DNA of 64,000 nucleotides from Mobula hypostoma (GCF_963921235.1 NC_086101.1:620001-684000), one strand, 5' to 3'; positions 11,489 to 23,221 are shown, counted from the stretch's first letter. Notes: generated by a model from the sequence alone, not told the origin. Numbers and translations: made by a program.

Positions 11489-13915
11489 GTAACTGATGAC
11501 TGGAAAATTACAAATGTTACTCCGCTATTTAAGAAGGGTGGGAGGCAGCAGAAAAGAAACTATTGACCTGAAAGCCTGAGTTCAGTGGTTGGGAAGTTGT
11601 TGGAATCGATTGTTAGGGATGAGATTATGGAGTACTTGGAGGCACATGTCAAGATAGGCCAAAACCAGCATGGTTTCCTGGAAGTAAAATCCTGTCTGAC
11701 TAACCTACTGCAATTCTTTGAGGAAATTACAAGCAGGGTGGACAAAGAAGATGCAGTAGATGTGGTGTACTTGGATTTTCAGTGGGCCTTTGACAAGGTG
11801 CTGCACATGAGGCTGTTTAGCAAGATAAATCCCATGGAATTACAGGGAAGTTACTCACATGGGTGGAGCATTGGCTGATCAACAGAAAACAGAGTGGGAA
11901 TAAAAGGATCCTATTCTGGCTGGCAGCCGGTTACCACTGGAGTTCCACAGTGGTCGGTGTTGAGACCACTGATTTTACGATTATATCAATGACTTGGACT
12001 ATTGGATTAATGGATTTGTGGCTAAATTTGCCGATGATACAAAGATAGGTGGAGGAGCGGGTAGTGCTGAGGAAACAGAGAGCCTGCAGAGAGATTTAGA
12101 TAGTTTCGGGGAATGGGCAAAGAAGTAGTTAATTAAATACAATGTTGGAAAGTGTATGGTCATGCATACTGGTGAAAGAAATAAACGGGCAGATGATTGT
12201 TTAGTTTGGGAGAGAATTCAAAATGCAGCGATGTAAAGGGACTTGGGAGTCCTTGTGCAGGATACCCTAAAAGTTAACCTCCAGGTTGAGTCGGTGGTGA
12301 AAAGATGAATGTAATGGTGGCATTCATTTCTAGAGGTATAGAATACAAGAGCAGGGATGTGATGTTGAGGCTCTATAAAGCACTCATGAGACCACACTTG
12401 AAGTATTGTAGTTTTGGGCTCCTAATTTTAGAAAGGATATACTGACATTGGAGAGGGTTCAGAGAAGATTCACAAGAATTATTCCAGGAATGAAAGGGTT
12501 ACCGTACGAGAAGTGTCTGGTTTCTCTTGGGCTGTATTTCCTGGAGTTCAGGAGAATGGTGTGGGGCAAGTGGGGGGGATCTCATTGAAATTTTCTGATG
12601 TTAAAAGCTCTGAACAGATTACATACGGGAAAGTTATTTCCCATGGTACGGGAGTCTATGACAAAAGGGCATGACTTCAGGATTGAATGACATCCATTTA
12701 GAACAGAGATGAGAAGAACTTATTTTACTCAGAGGGTGTAAATTTGTGGAATTTGTTGCCAAGTCATTCGGTGCATTTAAGGCAGAGAGAGAGGTAGGTT
12801 CCTGATTAGCCAGGGCATCAAAGGGTATGGGGAGAAGGCAGGGGAGTGGGGATGACTGGAAGAATTGGATCAGTGTTGGATCAGCTCAGGACTGAATGGC
12901 GGAGCAGACTCGAAAGGCCGAATGGCCTACTCCTGCTCCTATATCTTATAGTCTTAATTGAGTTGTCTGAGTGAATCCTTTCCCACATTCAGAACAGGTG
13001 AGTGGCATCCCCCAGTGGGAATTCGCTGATGTATTTTAAAGTCAGACGACCGAGTGAATTCCTTCCCACAATCTGAGCAGGTGAACGGTTTCTCCCCAGT
13101 GTGAATTCGGTAATGCCTCACAAGTTTGGATGACTCAGTGAATCCCTTCCCACATTCAAAACAGCTGAAAGGTTTCTCCCCAGTGTGAACTCGCCAATGT
13201 ACCTTCAGTTGAGATGAACGAGCAAAGCCCTTCCCACATTCAGAGTATTTGAATGGCCTCTCCCGAGTGTGAGGTTTCTGATGTTCCTTCAGATGAGATG
13301 ACCGGGCGAATCCCTTCTCACATTCAGAGCAGGTGAACAGCTTCTCCCCAGTATGAACTGGCTGATGTTCAATCAGTTGAGCTGAATGGGTGAATCCCTT
13401 CCCACATTCAGAGCAGATGAGTGGTTTCTCCCCTGTGTGATCGAACTGGTGTGTCAGTAGATGAGAATGCCAAATGAATCCCTTCCCACAGTCTGAGCAG
13501 GTGAATGGCTTCTCTCCGGTGTGAACTCGCTGGTGTCACTGTGGTGTGGTTGAGTGTGTGAATGCCTTCCCACCATCGAAGCAGGACAGTGTCCTCTCAC
13601 TGGTGAATTTTCTGATATACCTTTACCATCGATAACAGAATGGCTTCCCGCTTGCAGAACAGGTGGAGCATCTCACTCGGGTGTGAACTTGCTGATCTGT
13701 CTTCAAACTGGATGGCTGATTGGTTCCCCTCCCTCACACAGAGCGGGTGAATGGCCTCTCCCCACTGTGAACTCACTGGCGTGTCTGCGGGTAGCCTGTG
13801 AGTAAATCTCTTCCCACACTGAGAGAAGGAGAATGATATCTCACTACGATCAATTCTCTGGCAATTCAGAAAGTCAGATGTTTGAATCCCTTGTACAATC
13901 AATGCAGTTGAAGCT

Positions 13916-14195
13916 CTTCGGCCCACAAAGCTGTCCCGAACATGTCCCTACCTCAGAACTACCTAGGCTTACCCACAGCCCTCTATTTTTCTAAGCTCCA
14001 TGGACCTATCCAGGAGTCTCTTGAAAGATCCCATCATTTCTGCCTTCACCATCGCTGCCGGCAGTCCATTCCATGCACTCACCACTCTCTGTGTAAAAAA
14101 CTTACCCCTGACATCTCCTCTGTACCTGTTCCCAAGCACCTTAAACCTGTGTCCTCTTGTGGCAGCCATTTCAGCCCTGGGAAAAAGCCTCTGAA
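13916..14195 (-). mobile_element. CR1-type 3' end fragment
   Basis: TRGHRFKV...FFTQRVVSAWNGLP motif. Confidence 0.85.
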
Positions 14196-14567
14196 AATTT
14201 GATAAGCAGAAAGTAAAGTCTGACATTGTAATATTTCAGTAGAGTATAGGAAATTACAGCGGTCTGAAGGAGGAGTTGACCCAAGTAAATTGGAAGAAGA
14301 TGCCGGCAGGGATCACAGCAGAGCAGAAATGGTGTGAGTTTCTAGGAAAATGAGGAAGGTGAAGGATAGATATATTCTAAAAATAAATAAATACTCAAAT
14401 GGAAAAGTAGTACAACCGTGGCTGACAAGGGAAGACAAGCTAACTTAAAAGCAAAAGAGAAGGCAAACAGCAAAGCAAAAATTAGCAGGAAGACAGAGGA
14501 TTGGAAAGCTTTTAAATACCTACAGAGAGCAACTAAAAGAATGATTAGGAGAGGAAAAAAAACATGA

Positions 14568-14866
14568 AATTGAATTGACTTTATTGCTTACATCACTCAG
14601 ATTCCTGTGGAGTAAAAATCTTTACGTTACATCTCCGTCCAAATGTGCTATGTGCAATTTATAGTAATTTATGATAAATAATATGTATAACATGTTAGTC
14701 TATATAACACAGAAATACCGTTGTCTCAGCACGAGTTAAGCAGTCTGATGGTCTGATTGAAGAAACTGCCCCCGGAACCTGTTGGTCCTGGCTTTTATGC
14801 TGCGATACCGTTTCCCTGATCGTAACAACTGGTACAGCTTGTGGTTGGAATGACTCGGGTCTCCAA
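14568..14866 (-). mobile_element. Rex/Babar 3' end fragment
   Basis: Reverse complement matches 53150-53436. Confidence 0.75.
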
Positions 14867-15743
14867 GGGGATGCAGTGGATGTTATAAATTTGGAATCTC
14901 AGAAGGCCTTTGACAAGGTGCCAGTGAGGCTGCTTACTAAGTTAAGAGCCCAAGGTATTACAGAATAGTTACTGGCATGGTCAGGACATTGGCTGACTGG
15001 TAGGAAACAGCGAATGAGAGCAAAAGGATTCTTCTCTGGTTGGCTGCCAGTGACTCGTGGTTTTCTGCAGGGCTCGGAGTTGGGATCACTTTTTTATGCT
15101 CTATATCAATGATTCAGCTGATGGAATAGATGGCTTTGTTGCTAAGTTTGCAGATGATATGAAGATTGGTGGAGGGGCCGGTAGTGTTGAGGAAACTGGT
15201 AGGCTGCACAAATACTTGGATGAGGAGAATGTTCAATAAATTGGCAAATAATATACAATGTTGGAAAATTCATGGTCGTGTACTTTGGTCGTAGAAATAA
15301 TGTGTGGATTATTTTTTAAATGGGGAGCAAATCCAAAAAGCTGAGAGGAAAATGGACTTAGGAGTCCTTCTGCAGATCACCAGAAAGGTTAACTTGCAGG
15401 TAGAGTCAGTGGTGAGGAAGGGAAATGTATTGTTAGCATTCAGTTCAAGGAGTTTAGAATACAAGAACAGGGATGTGATGCTGAGGCTTTATAAGGCACT
15501 GGTGAGGCCTCACCTTGAGTATTGTGAACAGTTTTGGGTTCCTCATCTAAGAAAACATGTGCTGGCATTGCAGAGGGATCATTTCATACGGATGATTCCA
15601 GGAATGAAAGGTTTATCATACGAGGAACGTTTGATAGCTCTGTGTCTGTACTCCTGGAATTTAGAACGATGAGGGGGGATCTCATTGAAACCTTTTGCAT
15701 GTTGAAAGGCCGAGACAGAGTAGATGTGGAAAGGATGTTTCCC

Positions 15744-15892
15744 ATAAACATGAGGAATTCTGCAGATGCTGGACATTCAAGCAACAAACATCAAAGTTGC
15801 TGGTGAACGCAGCAGGCCAGGCAGCATCTCTAGGAAGAGGTACAGTCGACGTTTCAGGCCTAGATACTTCGTCAGGACCAGCAACTTTGATG
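15744..15892 (-). mobile_element. 149-bp mini-PLE insertion carrying a hammerhead motif
   Basis: 13-bp TSD AAGGATGTTTCCC at 15731-15743 and 15893-15905. Contains the PLE terminal repeat, CTGACGA...GAAACGTC on the minus strand and a 16-bp inverted segment. Confidence 0.85.
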
Positions 15893-16329
15893 AAGGATGT
15901 TTCCCGTGTTGGGATAGAGAGGCGTCCATTTAAAACAGAGATGTGGAAAAATTTCTTGAGCCAGCGGGTAGTGAATTTGTAGAATTTGTTCCCACAGGCA
16001 GCTGTGGAGGCTGTCATTGAATGTATTTAAGGCAGAGATTGATAGGTTCTATATTGAACACGGCATCGAATGTTACGGGGTGAAGGCCAGGGAGTGTGGA
16101 TGAGGAGGGGAGAAAAGGATCAGCCATGATTGAATGGCGGAGCAGACTCGATGGGCCAAATGGCCTAATTTTACTCCTATATCTTATGGCCTTATGGTTA
16201 TCAGACCACTACATTGAAACATTGTGAGAATGAGCCCAGACAAGCCAATCAGCATCGACATCGTTCAAGATATCATCTCGGGAGAAGCACACACCGCATA
16301 ACAGCCTGGCAAAACTACCCCCTCCATAC

Positions 16330-16423
16330 ATGCACAGGAAGGATTATCAGATGGTAATCAGAGCCTCAGCAATATACGTTGTTATTTCCCTCAGTAACCT
16401 GGAAACCATTCTCTTCAGACACG
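16330..16423 (+). CDS. Putative exon 1 of the B30.2 gene (MHRKDYQMVIRASAIYVVISLSNLETILFRH)
   Basis: Non-repeat island; ATG-initiated open frame ending at a phase-1 donor G|GTAATT that is compatible with the next exon. Confidence 0.3.
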
Positions 16424-16662
16424 GTAATTTATTTATTTAAACAGCTCACACACATGTCACGCATTGTCAGCACACTCCAGACGTGAAGACACACACTGCA
16501 ACATACAAATACTTCAATGTGCACACTCTCCTTCAATGTGTACACACACCCACTGACATTTACCACAATCAACACACACACACAATATCAGGATGTGACA
16601 CACGGCTAAAGAAACAGGCACAAGTTTCCCATTCAGGAACTAAATCTGCTGTCTTTACCCAG

Positions 16663-16766
16663 TCTGTCCCTTCTGTGGCACTGAGCTGCCCTCTGACGTG
16701 ACGTTACATCCACAGTTCACAGACAGATTCTGGGGTGACATTCCTCAGGAGGATGATCTACGGAAG
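16663..16766 (+). CDS. Putative exon 2 of the B30.2 gene ((V)CPFCGTELPSDVTLHPQFTDRFWGDIPQEDDLRK)
   Basis: Acceptor gtctttacccAG, open frame, donor AAG|GTTTGG; phase 1 to 0. Confidence 0.4.
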
Positions 16767-16799
16767 GTTTGGCAGATCTTGAACCAACAGCCCACTTCA

Positions 16800-18671
16800 T
16801 CCATCTGCAAGACTAAGATGTCTTCTTGAGCATGTCCTGTTTGTGTGTGTTTGCCCCATATCCCTCTAACCATATCCTAACTGTGTACCTGTCTAAATTT
16901 ATTTTGTTATTTTAATTTTATCTGTTTCTACAGCATCTGACAGCAAATTCCATCTGCCCACCTCCCTCTCTGTGAGAATATTACCCCATAGATCCCTCAG
17001 AAAAATTTCCCTCTTCACTTTCAATCTGAGCCCTCCGGTTCTGTACTCCCATTTCTCGGAAAAAGACTCATTTTATCTAAGCCCTTTATGAATGTATTTA
17101 CCTTGCTAAGGGGTCATCCCTCAACATCCCACACTACAGCTAAACAGCCCAAGCTCGTCCACTCTCTGCTTTTAACCCAAGCCCCCCCAGTTCTGGTAAC
17201 ATCCTCCTAAACATTCCTGACCAGTGTAATACCATCCTCCCCATATTTGGGGAACTGGAAATGCACACAATACCACACTTGGAGTATTGTGAGCAGTTTT
17301 GGGTCCCTTATATCGGAAAAGATGTGCTGGCATTGGAAAGGATCCAGGAGGTTCACAAGAATGATTCCGGGAATGAAAGAGTTAACATATGAGGAGGGTT
17401 TGATGGTTCTGGGGTTGTACACACGGGAGTTTAGAAGATTGGCTGATTTACTATCCCTCTCAACCCTATTCTCCCGCCTCCTCCACATAACTTTTGATGC
17501 CCTGACTGATCAAGAAGTTTACCTATCAACTTCTGCTTTAAAAATCAAACACGAGAAAATCTGCGGATGCTGCTAATCCAAGCAACACAGGTCCTGATGA
17601 AGATCTCGCCTGATCTCCCTAAACCTATTTGGAGAAGGTTGATACTGGGAGGATGTTTCCTATAGTGGGTGGGTTGAGAACAGAAGGCACAGCCTCCGAC
17701 TAGAGGGATATCCATTTAAGATACAGATGAGGAGGAATTCCTTTATCCACAGGATAGTGAATTTGCCACAGGGAGCTGTGGAGGCCAAATAATTGAGTAT
17801 ATTTAAAGCGGAGTAACACGCACAAATTGCTGGAGGAACAGCAGGCCGGGACATTTCTATGGAAAAGAATAAACAGTCAACGGTTTAGGATGAAACACTT
17901 CCAGGACCTGTGTTGTTTAAGGGTCCATGCAATTCTTCCCCTGCCCTAATGAGGGGCTGCGGGCGATGGGGTTCACCCACAGGATTTTCACCCCTCCCTC
18001 ATCTGGTTCTGGTTCAATCTGCCACTCATCTCTCCCCTACTGGTTCCCATTATCACCTCCTTTTCTGACTCGAAACTTCACACTCCCCCACTTCCCACTC
18101 ACAAATGAATGTTAACATTGAATAAGGGGCCTGTTCCTGACCTGTACTGTTCTATGTTCTCTGTTCCCTGCTTAGAAGAATGAGAGGAGATCTCAGGGAA
18201 AGACGAAATTCTTTCAGAGCCCAACAGGTAGGATACAGGGAGGATGTTTCCCCTGTCTGAGGAGTCAAGGGTCAGGGGTCATTGTCTGTTTGGATTCTCA
18301 GCACCCGAGGGGAGGTAGTGTGGAGGGGGTTTGGGGGTTCTTAGCCATTCAGTTCACAGAGTCATTTGTCGTATAGCATAGAAATGTGCCCTTTGACCCA
18401 TCACCCTTGTGCTGACCTATTTACCCATCTATATTCATCCCAATGGCCGGCATTAGGTTAGTCCCCGTCTGTGCCTTGCCTGTTGAAGTGTCTGTCTGTC
18501 TCTTAAACACAGAGGACTGGAAGCCCATGACCTGCAGAGGTCAGTGCTGGGGCTGCATGTGTTTGTCATTCATATTATTGATCTCGGTGAGAATGAAGGT
18601 GATATAGTTAGTAGGTTTGTGGATGACAATAAAATTTATGGTGTAGTGGACAGCGAAGAGGGTTATCTCTG
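16800..18671. mobile_element. Patchwork of decayed CR1 3' fragments and PLE terminal-repeat fragments
   Basis: RRFTRMIPGMKELTYEEGL at 17350; PLE motifs at 17545-17610 and 17815-18085; CR1 RT IDLGEN...VDSEEGYL at 18540-18671. Confidence 0.7.
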
Positions 18672-21536
18672 TGTAGCTCTCAGGCTCACCCAGCTCGCAT
18701 TCGTCCAGGGGAATCAACATTCGGCCCAGCCAAACTGGGTAATCACGTTTATGTGGGTGCTGTGTAATATACCCCAGTTACAAACCCACAAAGTAAAACA
18801 TCAGTCAGTACACCATATGCAAATTAATGATAGACTTTATGAATCTTAATCTGAATATAGGGTTAGTAATGAAAATAAACAAAACAAAAAAAGGGCCCGA
18901 GTCAAAGTCAAACTCAAGTTGGAGCTCAGTCAGTCATCATTCTTCCACCATCAGTCTCCTCCGAACGTCGCTGACCTTCAGACCCTCAGATCCCAGTCCA
19001 CTCCGTCCAGTGGTCTACCAGCTTTCTCCATGCGTGTCTTTCCTCTTCATCTCTCCTCGACAGAAGACTGCCAAAAACCCAACTCCCAGACACTCTAGAA
19101 AGAACAACATTTCTCCCATTGGAAAGCCACTGAATTCCAAAGTCCCATTTTCTCTAGTCATAACCCAAACATTGCTGCTACAAAGAAACCACGACCTTAA
19201 CAGTGGAAATTTACATAGAAGCCATTACATTAGCCTTAGCAGTGAAACTTGACAGCATGTTATACTCTCCCCCCACTGAATTTAGTCATGTCCTCATGAC
19301 ATTGATATAATTCACTAACCCTTCCTGCAAAACACAAAGCCCAATCCAGGTGCAAAAAGCAGTGACTCACCTCGCCAAAACAGTAAAGATCACGCCCTGT
19401 TCCCCAGGCGCTACATAGGCCAACCTATCCACTGGATTCCTAATTCTCTGAGACCTCCGTACCGCCTCACCTAACTCTTCAGGCTCAGACGCTACTGGGG
19501 ATACTTCGGGTCTACCTGGCTAATCCTCCCTCAATCTATCACTCAAGCCCCCCCCTGCAACTCGGAGCCCCCTGTCCCGTGTCCAGGCCCCGCTTCCTCT
19601 CCTTCAAGATCATGCTGTAGTACAAATAACAGCCTGCCCCCCCCCCACACACACACACATACACACACTTTACCTGACTCAGTGGGAGAAGGGCCAGGAG
19701 TCGCTTCCTCAATCAATGGGGAGTTAGCGAAAGGCAGCATGTACCACACATCCAGGTCATCATCCTACAAATCAGTATCCCTCTCATGGGCGGGGCCCGG
19801 CCCAGACTCTCCCTCTGTGGGCCCTGAAGTCGCCCCGTATTTTCACAGAGTTCTCAAACTAGGTGTAGGCTCCAAGCAGGGCTTTGGGTCTACCTGTACT
19901 TCCTGTCTCAGGAGCAACAGGTGATTCTGATGGAGAATCTTGACAGGCCCATTCCCCTCCTCTGATTTCACCCAGAAAACCGGTAGGTTTGACATCTGAC
20001 TCTCCACCACATAGCGAGTGGCCGCCTCGCTGTCAGCCAGCTTGTGCTTTCCAGGTAGCACCAAATTCCTGATGAGAACCCGGTCACCCGGCAGGAGTTG
20101 GATAGTGTGATGAGTGCTCCTGGAACAACCCACATCAAGCTCACCAATGGAACAGACACCTTCCAATTTCAACATCTCCTTTACCAGCCTCCTTTTCTAA
20201 TCTGGTGGCACCGGGGAGTCACCAAAGCTGAATGACTCAGCAGTCAACTTTTCCCCCTTTTCCAATAGTTTCTCCTCGGCGTGCCTCACGGGGCATTAGA
20301 CATTACAGTCACTGGGAACAAATGTGCCTGGGGCATCCCCCCGCCTGAAGGGACCTCCCTCTTCGTAGTGTTCCTGACAATCACTGCCATCCTGCTCACC
20401 CGTACAACCGAGGGCTTCTGCAATTCAGGCCTCACCAGTACCCCAGCCAGAAATCCCGACTCCCCTTCGTGGTCTTCCGGAGCATCCACTAAGAGGGCTT
20501 CTCCCTCAGGCACTCCGGGAAATTTGGGGTTCCCCATCACTCTCGCTACTTCCCCGGGCAGTACCACCATTGGCTTCGACTGTCCCTCGTTTAAGTTCGG
20601 TATCAGGCCCAATGCTGCCATGCACTTCCTCAAAAGCAGGTCAAAACATTGGGTGCACGGACAATGTTCCCAGAAAGCTCTCACCCACCTTCTCCTTTCA
20701 GGCCCCCATGAGCCACCTCACAAATGAAATGCAATTGTCCCCACCAGAATTGAAACGCCGCCCGTCTCAACAGGATCCGGACTAATGTATCAGGAACCTA
20801 AGACACTCCCACATCGGCCTCCGAGAACTCCAGTTTCACTGACAAATAACGGCCGTATGGATGATCAGCAGCACTGATTTAAACAGGACAATCACACAGC
20901 GTCCAATGGAATCAATCCCGGACAAGCGCCCCACAATTGTAACCCTCAGGGTCGCCCAGCTCGCGTTCGTCTAGACTCTAGGGGAATCAGCCTTCTGCCC
21001 CGATAAACTGGGTAATCACGATTGTGCAGATTCTGTGTAATTTACTCCCCGTTACAAACCCAAAATGCAAAATATCAGACAGTACACCATATGCAATTTA
21101 ATGATAGACTTTATGAATCTTAATCTGACTATAGGGTTAGTAATGAAAATAAACGAAAGAAAAAAAAGGCCCAAGTCAAAATCAAAGTCAAGTTGCAGCT
21201 CAGTCAGTAGTCATTCTTCCACCATTGGTCTCCTCCAAACGTCGCCGACCTACGGACCTTCAGATCCCAGTCCACTACGTCCGGTGGTCTACCAGCTCTC
21301 TCCACACGTGTCTTTCCTCTTCATCTCTCCTCGACAGAAGACCGCCAAAAACCTGGCTCCCTGACACGAGAAAGAACAACATTTCTCCCATTGGAGAGCC
21401 ACTGAATTCCAAAGTCCCGTTATCTCCAGTCATAACCCAAACATTTCTGCTACAGAGAAACCATGACCTTAACAGTGGAACATAACACAGAAGCCATTAC
21501 ATTAGCCTTAGCAGTGAAACCTTACAGCGCGTTGCA
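18672..21536 (-). mobile_element. Internally deleted Ty3/Gypsy LTR retrotransposon with both LTRs
   Basis: LTRs at 18672-19264 and 20938-21536; TSD tctg/tgtg; PBS-like ATCCCGGACAAGCGCCCCA near 20915-20933 resembling the tRNA-Pro 3' end; PPT 19265-19275; integrase C-terminus LPGDRVLIRNLVLPGKHKLAD. Confidence 0.9.
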
Positions 21537-21739
21537 TGTGTTTACAATGGGCCCTTGATTAACTCTAGAGTTGGGTACAGAGACAATGTTTTAACATACA
21601 TCTTGTCATGTACGTGGATAGGAAAGGTGGAAAGGAATAATGGACAAATGGGATTAGCCCATTAAAACAAGCTGGTTGGCACGAACAGGTTGGGCCGACA
21701 AAGAATCTGTGACCTCCTGTTTAAATCCGTTCACTCACC

Positions 21740-21905
21740 CCCTTCCCATCTTAGTCCACCCCTTTACCGCTCTCGTTTGTGCTGTATATCTCCCCTATTT
21801 ATTTCTGTTCTTGAGGGACGATGTCGACCTGAAACATAGAATGGCCGTCTCTCTCCATACATGCTGCCTGACCCACTCGGTTCTTCCAGCATTTTGTGTC
21901 TGTTT
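21740..21905 (+). mobile_element. Decayed PLE terminal repeat
   Basis: gacctgaaacatagaatgg...tgctgcctgacccactcggttcttccagcattttgtgt. Confidence 0.65.
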
Positions 21906-21933
21906 GATCGGGAAATCTGTGCTCTTCGTCCAG

Positions 21934-22006
21934 AGGGATAATCCTGGGGAGATATTAGTTGTCCATCCGCTTTCGTTGGATCAAACCGCTGGAAAGGCTC
22001 GTATCG
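21934..22006 (+). CDS. Putative penultimate exon of the B30.2 gene (RDNPGEILVVHPLSLDQTAGKARI)
   Basis: Acceptor gctcttcgtccAG; open frame; weak donor G|GTCACC in phase 1, matching the phase-1 B30.2 exon. Confidence 0.45.
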
Positions 22007-22044
22007 GTCACCCGACCGCGCCTGAGGCCCAGCGGCCTTTCCAC

Positions 22045-22295
22045 CGGTCCCGGGGCCGCGCTGCCCGAGTCTGAGCCCGATCCCAGGGCTGCGCTGCGCG
22101 AGTCTCCACCCCCGATCCCCGGGGCATCGCTGCCCGAGTCTCCTCCCGATCCCCGGGGCCGCGCTGCCCGAGTCTGAGCCCGATCCCAGGGCTGCGCTGC
22201 GCGAGTCTCCACCCCCGATCCCCGGGGCATCGCTGCCCGAGACTGCCCCCGATCCCCGGGGCCGGGCTGTGCGAGTCACCCCCGATCCCCGGGGA
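22045..22295 (+). repeat. GC-rich intronic minisatellite (~34-bp monomer, 103-bp higher-order unit)
   Basis: gagtctgagcccgatcccagggctgcgctgcgcgag recurs at 22067 and 22170; core cccgatccccgggg. Confidence 0.9.
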
Positions 22296-22323
22296 CTCTC
22301 TAATTCTCTGCTTCTCCCCCCAG

Positions 22324-22916
22324 TGTCCGTCTCCTTGGATGTGGAAATGGCGAATCCGTATCTCGAGGTTTCTGAGGATTGGAAGAGTGTGAGATGGACC
22401 CAGACCTGGAGGGATCTCCCTGACACCAGGAAGAGATTCACAAATTTGCCTTGTGTGCTGGGATCGGAGGGATTCGCATCGGGCACACATTACTGGGAGG
22501 TGGAGGTGACGGCGAATCGGGTCTGGTGGCTGGGAGTCGCCGCAGAGTCTATGGGGAGGAAGGGATTGTTCAGTCTGAGTCCGGAGACCGGATTCTGGGT
22601 CATCGGGCGGGTTGATGACGTGCTCGGTGTTCTCCCCTCCCCTGTGTTCCATCTCCCTGCCGGTCCCATCCCCGGGAGGGTGGGTGTTTATCTCAGTTAC
22701 GAGTCCGGGACGGTTTCATTTTACAACGCGGAGACCAAGTCCCATCTCCACATCTTCACTGGGAATAAATTCACGGGGAAACTTTATCCTTTCTTTGCGA
22801 CCTGGGATGGAAACCACTGGCTGAGAATCTGCTCCGGGTCTGTAAACGGGTCGGGTCCCGGGACCAGCGTCAGGAGTAAAGTCCCTGTAAATATAAAATT
22901 GCAGACAGTGAAATAA
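22324..22916 (+). CDS. B30.2 (PRY-SPRY) terminal exon, TRIM/butyrophilin-like
   Basis: SVSLDVEMANPYLEVSED, RFTNLPCVLG, HYWEVEV, GRVGVYLSYESGTVSFYN and KLYPFF motifs; acceptor cttctccccCAG; AATAAA at 22912-22917. Confidence 0.9.
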
Positions 22917-22951
22917 ACACGAGATGAGAATTATCGATCCAATAATTTTAA

Positions 22952-23029
22952 AAAAATATTTTTATTGAAGTTTATCATCAAACAAACATTTCCATAAGAT
23001 GTATTTCAGATACTGTACATACATATCAT
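22952..23029 (-). mobile_element. Tiny retrotransposed 3'-end fragment
   Basis: 10-bp TSD ATAATTTTAA at 22942-22951 and 23030-23039; AATAAA near the minus-strand end. Confidence 0.5.
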
Positions 23030-23221
23030 ATAATTTTAACTCGTTCACCACGTCCGTCAACGGAACTAAAACACCGTGTATTCACCAGCTGCTGCAAGGC
23101 AGCGGGTTCTGAGCTACCCCGGGTCCTAAAGTCGACCTGCTCTGATTCAGGTTAAATGGGACATGTGGGATCGGTTCTGACTGGAAAAGGGGGTGGGGGG
23201 GTGTTCAGGGCGAATCTTGCT

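Larger units (their letters stand above)
8775..12955 (+). mobile_element. CR1 LINE ORF2 (APE-RT) plus 3'UTR, decayed, hosting two solo LTRs
   Basis: APE motifs YLNARS and SETWLKDG; RT motifs KSPGPDG, VVYLDFQ and KFADDTK; 3' end ggcctactcctgctcctatatcttatagtctt. Confidence 0.9.
8455..13915 (-). pseudogene. C2H2 zinc-finger pseudogene (ZNF-B), split by a CR1 insertion at 8775-12955
   Basis: Fingers at 12956-13590 and 8455-8774. Removing the CR1 restores [22 protein letters not shown] in frame. Stops and frameshifts are present. 13560-13915 closely matches 61985-62355. Confidence 0.85.
14196..16198 (+). mobile_element. Decayed CR1 ORF2 plus 3'UTR with nested Rex/Babar and mini-PLE insertions
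   Basis: FVAKFADDMKIGG and [15 protein letters not shown]; 3' tail cctatatcttatggccttatgg. Confidence 0.85.

Noticed and set aside
21764..22652. Long G/R/P-rich minus-strand ORFs
   Set aside because: Antisense to the B30.2 exon and GC-rich minisatellite; stop-poor by composition.
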